From NCBI GenBank assembly GCA_963693115.1, contig OY843750.1:1295556-1359555 (forward strand): a stretch of 64,000 bases of DNA. Reading direction: 5' to 3'. The notes under the pieces were generated by a model, which was not told where the DNA came from, did not search any database, and saw only the letters and a program-made list of their open reading frames with translations. This DNA is from Spirochaetia bacterium (GTDB lineage Bacteria > Spirochaetota > Spirochaetia > WTKD01 > G963693115). This document shows positions 29,772 through 40,495 of the stretch, piece by piece. A program made the translations under genes and the position numbers. Every line of letters begins with the position of its first letter. Positions within the stretch are counted from its first letter, which is position 1.

Positions 29772-30564
29772 ATGGTCCAGGTGCGAATGTTTGTTCTGTA
29801 TTCTTTTTATTCAAAGGCCTCCGATGGAATGCTTTGGCAATATATATAAACGGGGTATCGAGTAGTGCAATAGCAACACGCACAATATACGTGCCAAACA
29901 CATAGCTCAATAAAACAGTGCGAAAAGGGAGGGGCTCTGATGCAAATACAATAAAGGCTAAGATACTAAAGACAGCACTATCAATGAGGGCGGATATTAG
30001 GGTAGAAACGTTGTTTCGAAGCCAGAGAAATCTGCCTGCGGTAAGTTTTTTTAGCATTAAGAAAAGCCCAATGTCACAACTCTGGCTTATAAGAAAGGCT
30101 ATAATACTTGATATAAAAAACAAGGGTATCACAGAAAAAATAGCCGTAATATGAATATGAGACTCCAGAAAAAACGGTGTGTTTACTGCCTGTTCCTGAG
30201 TAAGTGGAGCGTATCCTATCACAAAATAGGTAAAGACAAGCCAGATAAGGAGCGCACTAAAGCCAAGAAAGACTGCTTTTTGCGAGGACTTATAGCCGTA
30301 GAGTTCTGAGAGTATGTCTGTTGCAAGAAATATTGATGAAAAAAACACGGTACCAAGCGCAATGGGTTCTGGGAAAAAATCAAACTGAGTACCCTTTAGT
30401 ACTGCGATATTAGATGCTAGTATTGCCAATACTATATAACAGTAGAGACCAGCTTCGCCAAACACGAGGTTCATACATATTATAAATATAAAACAAGAAA
30501 TAAGTAAAAGTCCACTTACCCAAAGCGGATTTAATGACTGTAAAAATTCGATTATGACTTGCAT
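29740..30564 (-). CDS. Queuosine precursor transporter (YhhQ/VUT family)
   Basis: FLATDILSELYG, LWLRNNVST, DS..F, ALLDTPFIY; overlaps tgt; ATG 30564 preferred. Confidence 0.9.
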   Translation of the reverse strand: MQVIIEFLQSLNPLWVSGLLLISCFIFIICMNLVFGEAGLYCYIVLAILASNIAVLKGTQFDFFPEPIALGTVFFSSIFLATDILSELYGYKSSQKAVFLGFSALLIWLVFTYFVIGYAPLTQEQAVNTPFFLESHIHITAIFSVIPLFFISSIIAFLISQSCDIGLFLMLKKLTAGRFLWLRNNVSTLISALIDSAVFSILAFIVFASEPLPFRTVLLSYVFGTYIVRVAIALLDTPFIYIAKAFHRRPLNKKNTEQTFAPGPYDIPNQDTRT

Positions 30565-30921
30565 TGTGTTTACTAGGACTTCCACTATGTTTATTGTAGT
30601 AAAACGCAAAGTAATTTCAGAAGACTGTTCATTCCATCAAATAAAGATCTTGTGATGTTCTAATTAAGATTCAGCAAAAGCTACAAAATAATTCTCCCAA
30701 GAGAACTCAAAAAAGGAAAACTACAGAAAACTTACAGATACGATGTCAAGCAAAATATTTTAGATATTAGATAAAGGACTAGAACTAGAGGGCACAAAAT
30801 AGTAAGCAGAATAGTAAGCAGAACAGCACGCAAAACCCAAGAAACCAGAAAAAAAACTCAACAAGATTAAAAATTTGCTCCAAAAACTATATGAATAACA
30901 ATGGGCTTAAAGAAATTGCAT

Positions 30922-30990
30922 AAAAAAACGTTACTAGAGAAAAATAAAAAAACGTTACTAGAGAAAAATTGAAAACGCTAGAGCGAAATT
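30922..30990 (+). repeat. 24-bp direct repeat AAAAAAACGTTACTAGAGAAAAAT, two copies plus a degenerate third
   Basis: 30922-30945 and 30946-30969 are identical. Confidence 0.9.
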
Positions 30991-31000
30991 ATAACGAGAA

Positions 31001-31072
<72 letters not shown>

Positions 31073-31082
31073 ATGTGTTTTT

Positions 31083-31112
31083 AGTGTACCATAAAAAGCT
31101 AGACTTTGTCAA
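31083..31112 (-). promoter_or_regulatory. Promoter of tRNA-fMet
   Basis: Minus strand TTGACA-18-TACACT with TG extension. Confidence 0.75.
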
Positions 31113-31257
31113 GTGCCAGATCAGGCAATGAGTATATTACTACTTGGTTCAATGTTTTACATTTAGGACATTGCCTTTTTTCTAAGAGTATGAGATTGAA
31201 TAGCATTTGTATGTGTTTATAAACTACTGCTACTAGGTTCATGTCTGACACTTTACC

Positions 31258-34238
31258 TGTCACCACCATATCTCACAGGATATCGTGTATATGCAATAAA
31301 GCCCTCTTTCTATATAGACACATACCGTATTTCTACATAGTAAAAATATTATAATATACTATATTATTATAGTATTGCTCTCCGCTCGCATGTTTTGTAC
31401 ATAGTAGACAGGGTATAAGCCAAGGAACAATAAGCAACAAACCTTGCAAAAAAACAGAGCTACAAGGAAGCAGTAATAGCCCCGATTAGGTCAAAAAAGA
31501 CCAAACACTAAGGCCAAGTAAATAGTGGTCAAAGGAGAATGCCATGCATTACAACACAATATCACACCAAGAACAAGACCTCAAACAAGGTCATAAAAAC
31601 ACTAGCAACCAAGCAGGTAGTAGCCAAGCCACCACCCAAGCCACCACCAAAGCTACCACCAACCAAGCAAGGAGTTGCCAAGCAAGGAGTTGCCGAGCAA
31701 ACAATCGGACAGGGGGGCTCGTCCTCATCTCTCTAGCGCTTACATGCATACTAGGAGGACTCTTCCTCACCTGTAGCAGCGACCCAGAAGAAACAAGTCC
31801 CGTAATAAGCACATTGAGTGGAGAACTAAGCTATAGCCTAGAGAACCAAGCCAGCCAAGCAGAGGGTATCATACTATCACCCTTACAAGAAGTAGAGGGA
31901 ATAGCCTCAATGATCATAGGAATAGTAGAAGGAACAAGCATAACACTCTACCCCCAATGGAGCAAAGCAGGACAAAGCATAAGCTATAGCCTAGAACAAG
32001 AAGGAGAAGGTCTAAGCATAGACAAAGAAAAAGGCATACTCACGATAACCGAAGTAGACGCAGGGCAACACAACAAAGTATACACCATAAAAGCAACAGG
32101 AACAGGAAACTACAAAGGAACCTACACCCTAAACATCAAACTAGAAGTAGGAGCCGCCTTGATAGGGAGTTTTGAGTATAAAACAACAGGAACAGAGCTA
32201 AAGGTAATAGAACAAACAAAGCACACAACAGAAGCACCCGAGTGGGAAGGAGGAAGTGCCCCCAGTGGAGTAGCATACACATTGAGCAAACCCAATGAGC
32301 ATGTACAAGTAGATGAGAGTAGTGGCGTAATCAGCATAGGGAGAGGACTCCATAAAGAATACACCGAAGGCTATACAATAGCAGTACAAGCGAGAGCAAC
32401 AGACGTAGTAGGAGTAGCGAGTGTAAGCATAGTAATAGATATAGAGAGTTGGTGTGGCGTAGTAGGCAAAGATAGCGGGACCGTAGTACCAACGAAGAAG
32501 ACAGGAGAAACATGGTATACGATAGAAGGATGGCGAGAGTTAGAGTGGTTAGCGAGGAAAGCAGGAACAGCAGCAACAGGAGCAAGCTTAGCGAGTAGCT
32601 ATACGATGACAGAAGACATAGAACTACCCTATCAGTCCTGTAATGAGCGAGGAGAAACAGTAGCAGGGTATGACCCTATAGGAGACAGTACCACAGGTTT
32701 TAGTGGGAGTTTTGATGGCAAGAACAATACGATACGAGGCTTAAGGATAGAGAGTAGTGGAGATGACATAGGATTATTTGGAGTAGCGAGTGGTAATATC
32801 AATGATGTAAGGATAGAGGGAGCAGAGATAATAGGAGGAAAGAACGTAGGAACACTAGCAGGCAAGTATACTGGAGGGACAATAAGCAATGTCCATATTA
32901 CAGAAGATGAGGAAGGCAAGGGATCGGTGAAGAGCACCGCAGCAGCAGACAGTAATGTTTATGTAGGAGGGCTTGTGGGGTATATGATTAGCGCTACAGA
33001 CCCAGCAGTGACAGAGAGCTCATCAGCAGTAGCAGTGGGGGCCTCAGGGAGCCATGTAGGAGGCTTGATAGGGGGGGGATCCGCAGTTGGTCAAATAACA
33101 AAGAGCTATACCACTGGCAATGTAACAGGAAAGAACTATGTGGGGGGTATCGTGGGACGAAATAGAGGCTACGTATATGGCTATACGAGTGGGGATATAA
33201 CTGGTGAGGAGTATGTAGGAGGCATATCGGGATATGCGTACGGTGGGTATGGTTATACAACAGGTACCATACGGGGCACAAAGCATGTAGGCGGGCTGGC
33301 AGGTTATAGCACTGAATATAATTCGAAGGGTTATAGCACTGGAGATGTTAGTGCAAGCGGGGACAACGTGGGGGGATTGGTAGGATATATAATTAGTGGC
33401 AGTTTGAGTGGCTTTTCTACTGGTACTATACGGGGTAATAAAAACGTAGGTGGGCTTGCAGGTTTTAATACTTCTACGTCATATGGTTATGCCACAGGAG
33501 ATGTGATAGGAGCAGATAGCGTGGGAGGATTAGTAGGGAAACATAACTCTGCTTTTAGCAACTCAGGATATTTTAGGGGCAATGTTATCAGTACGGCGAG
33601 TGATCCTAGTAGTGCTAAATTCTTTGGTCTCACGATAGGAGAAAATACTAGCAGTGAAAACACTAGTTTTTATTATTCGACCAAGAGTGGCGAAGGGGGA
33701 TTGTACCAGTTGAGTAATGGCAAACGAACTGCCTATAGCCCTACTACTGACGAAACTGCAGAAGGCTACCGCGCCTCCACTGAGCCTGGGAAAGAAGTGA
33801 GCGTAACGAGCAGTGATACCGAGGAAGAGATAAAGGCAAAATTTACAGGGCTTACTGAAATCGAATGGAGTTTTACCGCAGGGCAATGGCCAGCGTTTAT
33901 AGCTGTTGCTAGCAGTTCTAGTGATAGTCAAAAATTCCCTGATTTTGGTGATATACCAAACAGCGCAGAAGCACAGAAGCCTTATACCGCACCTTAGGAT
34001 GCTACAGGAGTACAAAAGGCACCGCAAGGCGCTATAGTGCGTTTGAGAAACACATAGGGGTACTTGAGAGCACATAGGGCATAGATAGGTTTGGTCAGTG
34101 GGCTTGAAATGAAAGCCCACTGAAGATTTTGGGGCGAGTTTAGTCTAGCTCGCAGAGACCCCTCAATTTGCCAATTTGCAAGCATGTGTAACGCACCTAG
34201 GTGGGGTGGGTGTACTCTATTTGTAGTGAGTGAATCTT
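31258..34238 (+). repeat. Cassette copy B
   Basis: Homologous to copies A and C, flanks included; boundaries approximate. Confidence 0.92.
31544..33997 (+). CDS. GLUG-repeat surface lipoprotein, paralog B
   Basis: Lipobox LFLT-C; same architecture as paralog A. Confidence 0.85.
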   Translation: MHYNTISHQEQDLKQGHKNTSNQAGSSQATTQATTKATTNQARSCQARSCRANNRTGGLVLISLALTCILGGLFLTCSSDPEETSPVISTLSGELSYSLENQASQAEGIILSPLQEVEGIASMIIGIVEGTSITLYPQWSKAGQSISYSLEQEGEGLSIDKEKGILTITEVDAGQHNKVYTIKATGTGNYKGTYTLNIKLEVGAALIGSFEYKTTGTELKVIEQTKHTTEAPEWEGGSAPSGVAYTLSKPNEHVQVDESSGVISIGRGLHKEYTEGYTIAVQARATDVVGVASVSIVIDIESWCGVVGKDSGTVVPTKKTGETWYTIEGWRELEWLARKAGTAATGASLASSYTMTEDIELPYQSCNERGETVAGYDPIGDSTTGFSGSFDGKNNTIRGLRIESSGDDIGLFGVASGNINDVRIEGAEIIGGKNVGTLAGKYTGGTISNVHITEDEEGKGSVKSTAAADSNVYVGGLVGYMISATDPAVTESSSAVAVGASGSHVGGLIGGGSAVGQITKSYTTGNVTGKNYVGGIVGRNRGYVYGYTSGDITGEEYVGGISGYAYGGYGYTTGTIRGTKHVGGLAGYSTEYNSKGYSTGDVSASGDNVGGLVGYIISGSLSGFSTGTIRGNKNVGGLAGFNTSTSYGYATGDVIGADSVGGLVGKHNSAFSNSGYFRGNVISTASDPSSAKFFGLTIGENTSSENTSFYYSTKSGEGGLYQLSNGKRTAYSPTTDETAEGYRASTEPGKEVSVTSSDTEEEIKAKFTGLTEIEWSFTAGQWPAFIAVASSSSDSQKFPDFGDIPNSAEAQKPYTAP

Positions 34239-34253
34239 TAAGACATAGTGCAC

Positions 34254-37122
34254 GTAAAAAATGATGTCAAGCATTACATAACAATACAGTAAACAACAAG
34301 CCCAAGTATCCCGTACATAATCATCACCAATATATCTCGCAGGATATCGTGTATATGCAATAAAGCCCTCTTTCTATATAGATACATACCGTATTTCTAC
34401 ATAGTAAAAATATTATAATATACTATATTAATATAGTACTGTTTCCTACCCTTATGTCTCGTACATCGTAGACAGGGTATACGCCAAGGAACAATAAGCA
34501 ACAAACCTTGCAAAAAAACAGAACTACAAGGAAGCAGTAATAGCCCCGATTAGGTCAAAAAAGACCAAACACTAAGGCCAAGTAAATAGTGGCCAAAGGA
34601 GAATGCCATGCATTACAACACAATATCACACCAAGAACAAGACCTCATACAAGGTCATAGTAGCAAGGCAAGCACCAAAGCCACCAAAAAAGCCAGTAGC
34701 CAAGCAAGTAGTAGCCGAGCAAACAATCGGACATGGGGATTCGTCCTCATCTCCCTAGCCCTTACATGCATACTAGGAGGACTCCTCCTCACCTGTAGTA
34801 GCGACCCAGAACCAGGAGAAACAAGCCCAAGTAAAAGCACATTGAGTGGAGAACTAAGTTATAGCCTAGAGAACCAAGCCAGTCAGGCAGAGGGTATCGT
34901 AATATCACCCTTACAAGAAGTAGAGGGAATAGCCTCAATGATCATAGGAATAGTAGAAGGAACAAGCATAACACTGTACCCCCAATGGAGCAAAGCAGGG
35001 CAAAGCATAAGCTATAGCCTAGAACAAGAAGGAGAAGGTCTAAGCATAGACAAAGAAAAAGGCATACTCACGATAGCAACAGTAACAGCAGAACAAGATA
35101 ACAAAGTATACACCATAAAAGCAACAGGAACAGGAAACTACAAAGGAACCTACACCCTAAACATCAAACTAGAAGTAGGAGTCGCCTTGATAGGGAGTTT
35201 TGAGTATAAAACAACAGGAACAGAGCTAAAGGTAATAGAACAAACAAAGCACACAACAGAAGCACCCGAGTGGGAAGGGGGGAGTGCCCCCAGTGGAGTA
35301 GCATACACATTGAGCAAACCCAATGAGCATGTACGAGTAGATGAGAGTAGTGGAGCAATCAGCATAGGGAGAGGATTACATACAGTATATACAGAGGGCT
35401 ATACAATAGCAGTACAAGCGAGAGCAACAGACGTAAAAGGAGTAGCGAGTGTAAACATAGTAATAGATATAGAGAGTTGGTGTGGCGTAGTAGGCAAGGA
35501 TAGCGGGACCGTAGTACCAACGGCAGAAGGAACAGAGTATACGATAGAAGGATGGCGAGAGTTAGAGTGGTTAGCGAGGAAAGCAGGAACAGCAGCAACA
35601 GGAGCAAGTTTAGCGAGTAGCTATACGATGACAGAAGACATAGAACTACCCTATCAGTCCTGTAATGCGCGGGGAGAAACAGTAGCAGGGTATGACCCTA
35701 TAGGAGACAGTACCACAGGTTTTAGTGGGAGTTTTGATGGCAAAAACAATACGATACGAGGCTTGAGGATAGAGAGTAGTGGAGATGACATAGGATTATT
35801 TGGAGTAGCGAGTGGTAGTATCAAGGATATAAGGATAGAGGGAGCAGAAATAATAGGAGGAAAGAACGTAGGAACACTGGCAGGCAAGTATACTGGAGGG
35901 ACAATAAGCAATGTCCATATTACAGAAGATGAGGAAGGCAAGGGATCGGTGAAGAGCACCGCAGCAGCTGACAGTGATGTTTATGTAGGAGGGCTTGTGG
36001 GGTCTATGAGTAGTGATACAGACCCAGCAGTGACAGAGAGCTCATCAGCGGTAGCAGTGGAGGCCTTAGGGAGCTATGTAGGAGGCTTGATAGGGAGACA
36101 AGCGGGAGATGGTAAAATAACAAAGAGCTATACCACTGGCAATGTAACAGGAAAGAACTATGTGGGGGGTATCGCAGGTTTTAGTGGGGGTAATAGTATA
36201 GTATATGGCTATACGAGTGGGGATATAACTGGTGAGGAGTATGTAGGAGGGCTAATAGGATACACTAAGAAAGTTGTTCATGGTTATACAACTGGCGCTA
36301 TACGGGGTACAAAGCATGTAGGCGGGATCATAGGTTATATTGATGAAGGAGCAGGATATGGTTATAGCACTGGAGACGTTGGTGCGAGCGGAGACTACGT
36401 GGGGGGATTGTCTGGATATGGAAAGTATGGTGGTTCTCGTGGTTTTTCTACTGGCACTATACGGGGTAATGAATACGTAGGCGGGATCATGGGTTATATT
36501 GCAAGTAGCGCTGCGATTGGTTATGCCACAGGAGATGTGATAGGAGCAAATAGCGTGGGAGGATTAGTAGGGGAGCATAACTCTTTTGGCAACACAGGAT
36601 ATTTTAGGGGCAATGTGATCAGTACGGCGAGCGATCCTAGTAGTGCTACCGACTTTGGTCTCACAATAGGAAAAGATACTAACACTAGTACAACTAGTTA
36701 TTACTATTCGACTAAGGATGGTGAAGGAGGATTGTACCAGTTGAGTAATGGCAAACGAACTGCCTATAGCCCTACTACTGACACAGGTGCAACAAACTAC
36801 CGCGCATCCACTCAGGTTGGGTCAGAAGTGAGTGTAACGAGCAGTGATACCGAGGATGCGATTAAGGCAAAGTTTATAGGGTTTACTGTAAGCCAATGGA
36901 GTTTTACCGCAGGGCAATGGCCAGCGTACATAGCTATTTCTAGTAATGAGGCACTTCCTAATTTTGGTGATATACCAAACAGCGCAGAAGCACAGAAGTC
37001 TTATACCGCACCTTAGGATGCTACAGGAGTACAAAAGGCACCGCAAGGTGCTATAGGCCAGCAAGGCGCTATAGGTATAGCGCGACTGGTAAGGTGGGCG
37101 TGTAAGGTTCGCCTTACCAGTT
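34254..37122 (+). repeat. Cassette copy C, in direct tandem with B
   Basis: Begins ~15 bp after the end of the B trailer homology; boundaries approximate. Confidence 0.92.
34608..37016 (+). CDS. GLUG-repeat surface lipoprotein, paralog C
   Basis: Lipobox LLLT-C; same architecture as paralog A. Confidence 0.85.
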   Translation: MHYNTISHQEQDLIQGHSSKASTKATKKASSQASSSRANNRTWGFVLISLALTCILGGLLLTCSSDPEPGETSPSKSTLSGELSYSLENQASQAEGIVISPLQEVEGIASMIIGIVEGTSITLYPQWSKAGQSISYSLEQEGEGLSIDKEKGILTIATVTAEQDNKVYTIKATGTGNYKGTYTLNIKLEVGVALIGSFEYKTTGTELKVIEQTKHTTEAPEWEGGSAPSGVAYTLSKPNEHVRVDESSGAISIGRGLHTVYTEGYTIAVQARATDVKGVASVNIVIDIESWCGVVGKDSGTVVPTAEGTEYTIEGWRELEWLARKAGTAATGASLASSYTMTEDIELPYQSCNARGETVAGYDPIGDSTTGFSGSFDGKNNTIRGLRIESSGDDIGLFGVASGSIKDIRIEGAEIIGGKNVGTLAGKYTGGTISNVHITEDEEGKGSVKSTAAADSDVYVGGLVGSMSSDTDPAVTESSSAVAVEALGSYVGGLIGRQAGDGKITKSYTTGNVTGKNYVGGIAGFSGGNSIVYGYTSGDITGEEYVGGLIGYTKKVVHGYTTGAIRGTKHVGGIIGYIDEGAGYGYSTGDVGASGDYVGGLSGYGKYGGSRGFSTGTIRGNEYVGGIMGYIASSAAIGYATGDVIGANSVGGLVGEHNSFGNTGYFRGNVISTASDPSSATDFGLTIGKDTNTSTTSYYYSTKDGEGGLYQLSNGKRTAYSPTTDTGATNYRASTQVGSEVSVTSSDTEDAIKAKFIGFTVSQWSFTAGQWPAYIAISSNEALPNFGDIPNSAEAQKSYTAP

Positions 37123-37321
37123 GATGATTTTGATTGATGTTATTGTAATGGCTTTAGCTTTATAAAGCAGATGATGGGGCTAGGTTTCAAGTTTATTTTT
37201 CTTATTACGTATACCTAAATTCCCGCTTACTAATAACGGAAGAAATTCATTACTCGTATTTTTTTTCTGAATAGAATATTTTGTACTCAAAGTTGCTTTG
37301 AAGAGTTATAAATTTGCAGAG

Positions 37322-38422
37322 TTATGAAATAGCCCTAAAAAATTTTTTCATTTCTCGGGGAGTTCCAATACTGACTCTCACATGGTTTGGCATATCAAAG
37401 GATTCAAGAGAGCGTATCATGATGCCGTGTTTTGCAAAATAATCAAACACTTTTTGGGAAGGAGTAGTTGTTTTTGATTGAATTGAATACAGCACTTTAG
37501 TATGCGCTTTATGTGTTAGTGTCTTTATGTGCTGGAGCAATGATCGAGCATCAATGCAAAGAAAATTGGCTTGACTCGGATAAAAATGTATGTTTCGGCT
37601 TGTAAGAAAAGTCGTAAGTTTTGTACGCTGTTTTAGGATATAGGTAAGAATTTTTTTTTCATAATAGTCCGTAGAAAGATAAGCATGTACGGCCTTAATA
37701 GCAAGTTGATTAATGTTAAAGGGCATGCGGTAGTGACTTAGTTCTGCAATATGATGTTTATTTCCTAATGCGTAGCCGATTCGGACTCCTGCAAGCGATG
37801 CAATCTTAGAAAATGTCTTGAGTATGATCACACGTGGATGGAGTGCGAGCACGTTTTTATACTGTATGGTTTCGGTAGTGACAAATTCGTGGTAGGCGTG
37901 ATCGAGAACAACGGTAATATGATGCGGTACTCTATGTAAAAAGTCTTCGATTTGATACAGAGGGAGATAACATCCAGTTGGATTGTTTGGGTTACAGACA
38001 AATAGAAGTTTTGTATTGCTCCCTATCATCGCAAGAAAATTATCTAAGGAACAATGACCATTTTTTGTATTGACATAGCTAATGCGTGCTCCCATGAGCT
38101 GAGTTGCAATGGTATATATAGAAAATGTGTGCTCTGATATAAGCACCTGTTCGTGAGAATGTGACAGGGTAAGACGAGTGATATTGGTGATGAGTTCATC
38201 GGAACCATTTCCTAGTACTATTTGATTGGGGTCTATGTTGTAACGATTTGCTATGCTTTGGTGCAGTGTATCGTGTATTGCAGGAGGATAACGATTGCTA
38301 TGTTTGAGACTGAGGAGCATTGCCAACCGTATCGCAATGGGGGGAGGAAAGGGAGACTCGTTTGATGAAAGTTTTATTGCATGTGGAGCCGATTTTCCTG
38401 CGCTATAGGCTTGTATTTTCAT
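37322..38422 (-). CDS. hisC: Histidinol-phosphate aminotransferase family protein
   Basis: KLSSNESP, GNGSDE, CNPNNPTG, D.AY, TFSK..LAG.R.GY, RVSIGT. Confidence 0.85.
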   Translation of the reverse strand: MKIQAYSAGKSAPHAIKLSSNESPFPPPIAIRLAMLLSLKHSNRYPPAIHDTLHQSIANRYNIDPNQIVLGNGSDELITNITRLTLSHSHEQVLISEHTFSIYTIATQLMGARISYVNTKNGHCSLDNFLAMIGSNTKLLFVCNPNNPTGCYLPLYQIEDFLHRVPHHITVVLDHAYHEFVTTETIQYKNVLALHPRVIILKTFSKIASLAGVRIGYALGNKHHIAELSHYRMPFNINQLAIKAVHAYLSTDYYEKKILTYILKQRTKLTTFLTSRNIHFYPSQANFLCIDARSLLQHIKTLTHKAHTKVLYSIQSKTTTPSQKVFDYFAKHGIMIRSLESFDMPNHVRVSIGTPREMKKFFRAIS

Positions 38423-38432
38423 GCTTAATGTG

Positions 38433-38798
38433 TTACGATTGTTTTTTGGGTGGGTTGTTAAGGAGATAAAAATGATCTTCTTTTACGTCATTAATCAGAT
38501 CTTTAAGAACCATCTCTTGCGAATGTTCTGTTTTTTTGGCAAATACTAAGTGACGATGTTCATTCTTTGGAACCAAGGACTTAACGTAGGCAATGATTTT
38601 TGATATTTCGTACTTGCTAAAGTTGTCAAATAGAAGAAATCGAACTTCCGCTTGTTGCGGTAATTCATCTGTTTTTTTTGTGACTGAGTCCTGTACGCTA
38701 CTTCTTGTATTGGTTTCTATTTTTGCTTTTGTTTTAGTCTGTGTTTGTATGTTGCTCTGTATGTTGCTTTGGGTGGTGGTATTTTGTATAGTACTCAT
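38433..38798 (-). CDS. DUF3783-like small hypothetical protein
   Basis: VFA..T.HS....L.DLI....EDH...NPP pattern. Confidence 0.6.
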   Translation of the reverse strand: MSTIQNTTTQSNIQSNIQTQTKTKAKIETNTRSSVQDSVTKKTDELPQQAEVRFLLFDNFSKYEISKIIAYVKSLVPKNEHRHLVFAKKTEHSQEMVLKDLINDVKEDHFYLLNNPPKKQS

Positions 38799-39002
38799 AG
38801 TACCATTATAGTGGTACTATTTGCTTGTCTGTAGGTGTTATCTTAATGAGTCAGTACAATATACTAGGATAGGGTATAAGATCTAAGATAGAAAAACCAT
38901 GTATGATCTAAGCAAAGCTTAGGCTTTACACGTAGCTACAGAAAGGCTATACTTAAGAAAAGGTACAAGATACAAAAGTAGTGTCTTGTATACATTGCAA
39001 CT

Positions 39003-39074
39003 GCGAGCGTCGTATAATGGTTATTACCTCAGCCTTCCAAGCTGATGATGTGGGTTCGATTCCCATCGCTCGCT
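39003..39074 (+). tRNA. tRNA-Gly(TCC)
   Basis: GCGAGCG/CGCTCGC acceptor stem, TCAGC-CTTCCAA-GCTGA anticodon arm, GGTTCGATTCC. Confidence 0.96.
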
Positions 39075-39166
39075 TATGAAAGTAGGTATATGGTATTGGT
39101 TGTGCAGAATATAGTGTGTACACAGCTAACTGAATAGCTATAATCAAATAGTATTAAGGAGCTAGT

Positions 39167-39454
39167 ATGAGTAAACGTGGTGAGTTGCATACCTCAAAAA
39201 TGGTGGTTGCAAACGGAAAAAGAACGTATTTTTTTAATGTGAAAGAAAACTATAGAGGAGAATTATTTCTCAGTATTGTTGAGAGTGTCAGAAGTGATAA
39301 AGACGAAGAAACGTATAAGCGACAGCAAATTATTATATACAATGAACACCTAGGAGAATTTATCTCATTTTTTAGAAAGGCGGTTACGCACCTTCCTCCA
39401 TCAGTGGGTCCTGTACAAGATGTGCTCTTCTCTCCTCCTAAAAATGTGTCCTAA
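39167..39454 (+). CDS. PUR-domain (DUF3276/BpuR-like) single-stranded nucleic-acid-binding protein
   Basis: RGELHT, RTYFFNVKEN, LFLSIVES; AGGAG SD. Confidence 0.85.
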   Translation: MSKRGELHTSKMVVANGKRTYFFNVKENYRGELFLSIVESVRSDKDEETYKRQQIIIYNEHLGEFISFFRKAVTHLPPSVGPVQDVLFSPPKNVS

Positions 39455-39577
39455 AAATACACCCTAGAATAAGCAAAAGGTAAATACAACGCAAGCCCAA
39501 AGCAAGAACCAAAGCAAGAAGTAAGTTACTAAAAAATTGCTAAACCTGTTCTTAAAGGCGATACTGCAAAGATGATA

Positions 39578-40495
39578 CTACTGAGTTAGGCTATCAAGAT
39601 AATAAGGGTGTTTCGAAAAAAAGTCAGGATTTTTGAGCCCCAGGATTGCCCCCAAAAACAGGGCTTTTGAACAGCAGTCTGTTCCCAGTTCAGCATTTTT
39701 CTGTATGAGCAGTTCACAATCATGACCATAGCGCATTCCGAGTACAAGCGTCATAGGAAGATTAGTAGAAAGATCGCATCCGTATCCAAAACGATCGTAC
39801 AGTAGCTCACGATCTGAAAGAGTGCTTTCAGCGCCCTCTATGCCAGTATTAATAAACTCATCAATACTACTTTCACCTGCCTGTGACTGTATACGTGATC
39901 CGGCTTCTTTAAAGACTGCGCCTAAACTATACTCTGGCTTTTGTACAGTGAGTTCAAGACATTCTACATAATAGTGAAACCCATCAATTATGCGTCGATT
40001 GTTGTGTGCCATACTAATCCATTTTTCGCATAGGGTACGAGTATCGGCTTCGATAAGTAGGTTATTGCTGTGGGAAAGTGATAAGGAAAAAAGTGGTGTT
40101 GAAAGAGTCACTCCACAAAAATTTTCGCTGTTGTCACTTCCTTTTTCTATCGCGCGTTTGGTAGAGGTATCAACAAAGTGCGGGTATGTTTTTGCGCGCT
40201 CTACCCATTGTGTTCTATAATCCTGTAAATCAAACCTTGTTAGGCCGTTCGTGGATCTTTTGGTGCTAATATATTGTTCAAGGTGGAGCAATTGATCTCC
40301 ATAATGTGACTGCTCACCTGCTTTTTTATCTGCGTAGTAAGGGTTGTGAGATCCATCATTATAGGAGCCTTGTTTATAGTGAGCGTTCTTGTATGCATCT
40401 ATTTTTTCTTTTTCATATATCCACTGAAAAGGCATCGCGTAGGCATCGGCAATACGCATTCCTTTGAGTATGGACTGGTAGCTACTCTGATTCAT
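39578..40495 (-). CDS. ADP-ribosylglycohydrolase family protein (divergent)
   Basis: G..IADA.AMP..WIY, AGEQSHYGDQ, N...G.D.......GA.LG. Confidence 0.7.
   Translation of the reverse strand: MNQSSYQSILKGMRIADAYAMPFQWIYEKEKIDAYKNAHYKQGSYNDGSHNPYYADKKAGEQSHYGDQLLHLEQYISTKRSTNGLTRFDLQDYRTQWVERAKTYPHFVDTSTKRAIEKGSDNSENFCGVTLSTPLFSLSLSHSNNLLIEADTRTLCEKWISMAHNNRRIIDGFHYYVECLELTVQKPEYSLGAVFKEAGSRIQSQAGESSIDEFINTGIEGAESTLSDRELLYDRFGYGCDLSTNLPMTLVLGMRYGHDCELLIQKNAELGTDCCSKALFLGAILGLKNPDFFSKHPYYLDSLTQ

Noticed and set aside
30922-30990. CRISPR-like repeat
   Set aside because: Adjacent tandem copies with no spacers, and no cas genes in the window
30565-31000. preQ1 riboswitch upstream of the YhhQ gene
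   Set aside because: A GTTCTAG near 30780 (minus strand) lacks a convincing P1 stem and A-rich tail; an Rfam scan would settle it
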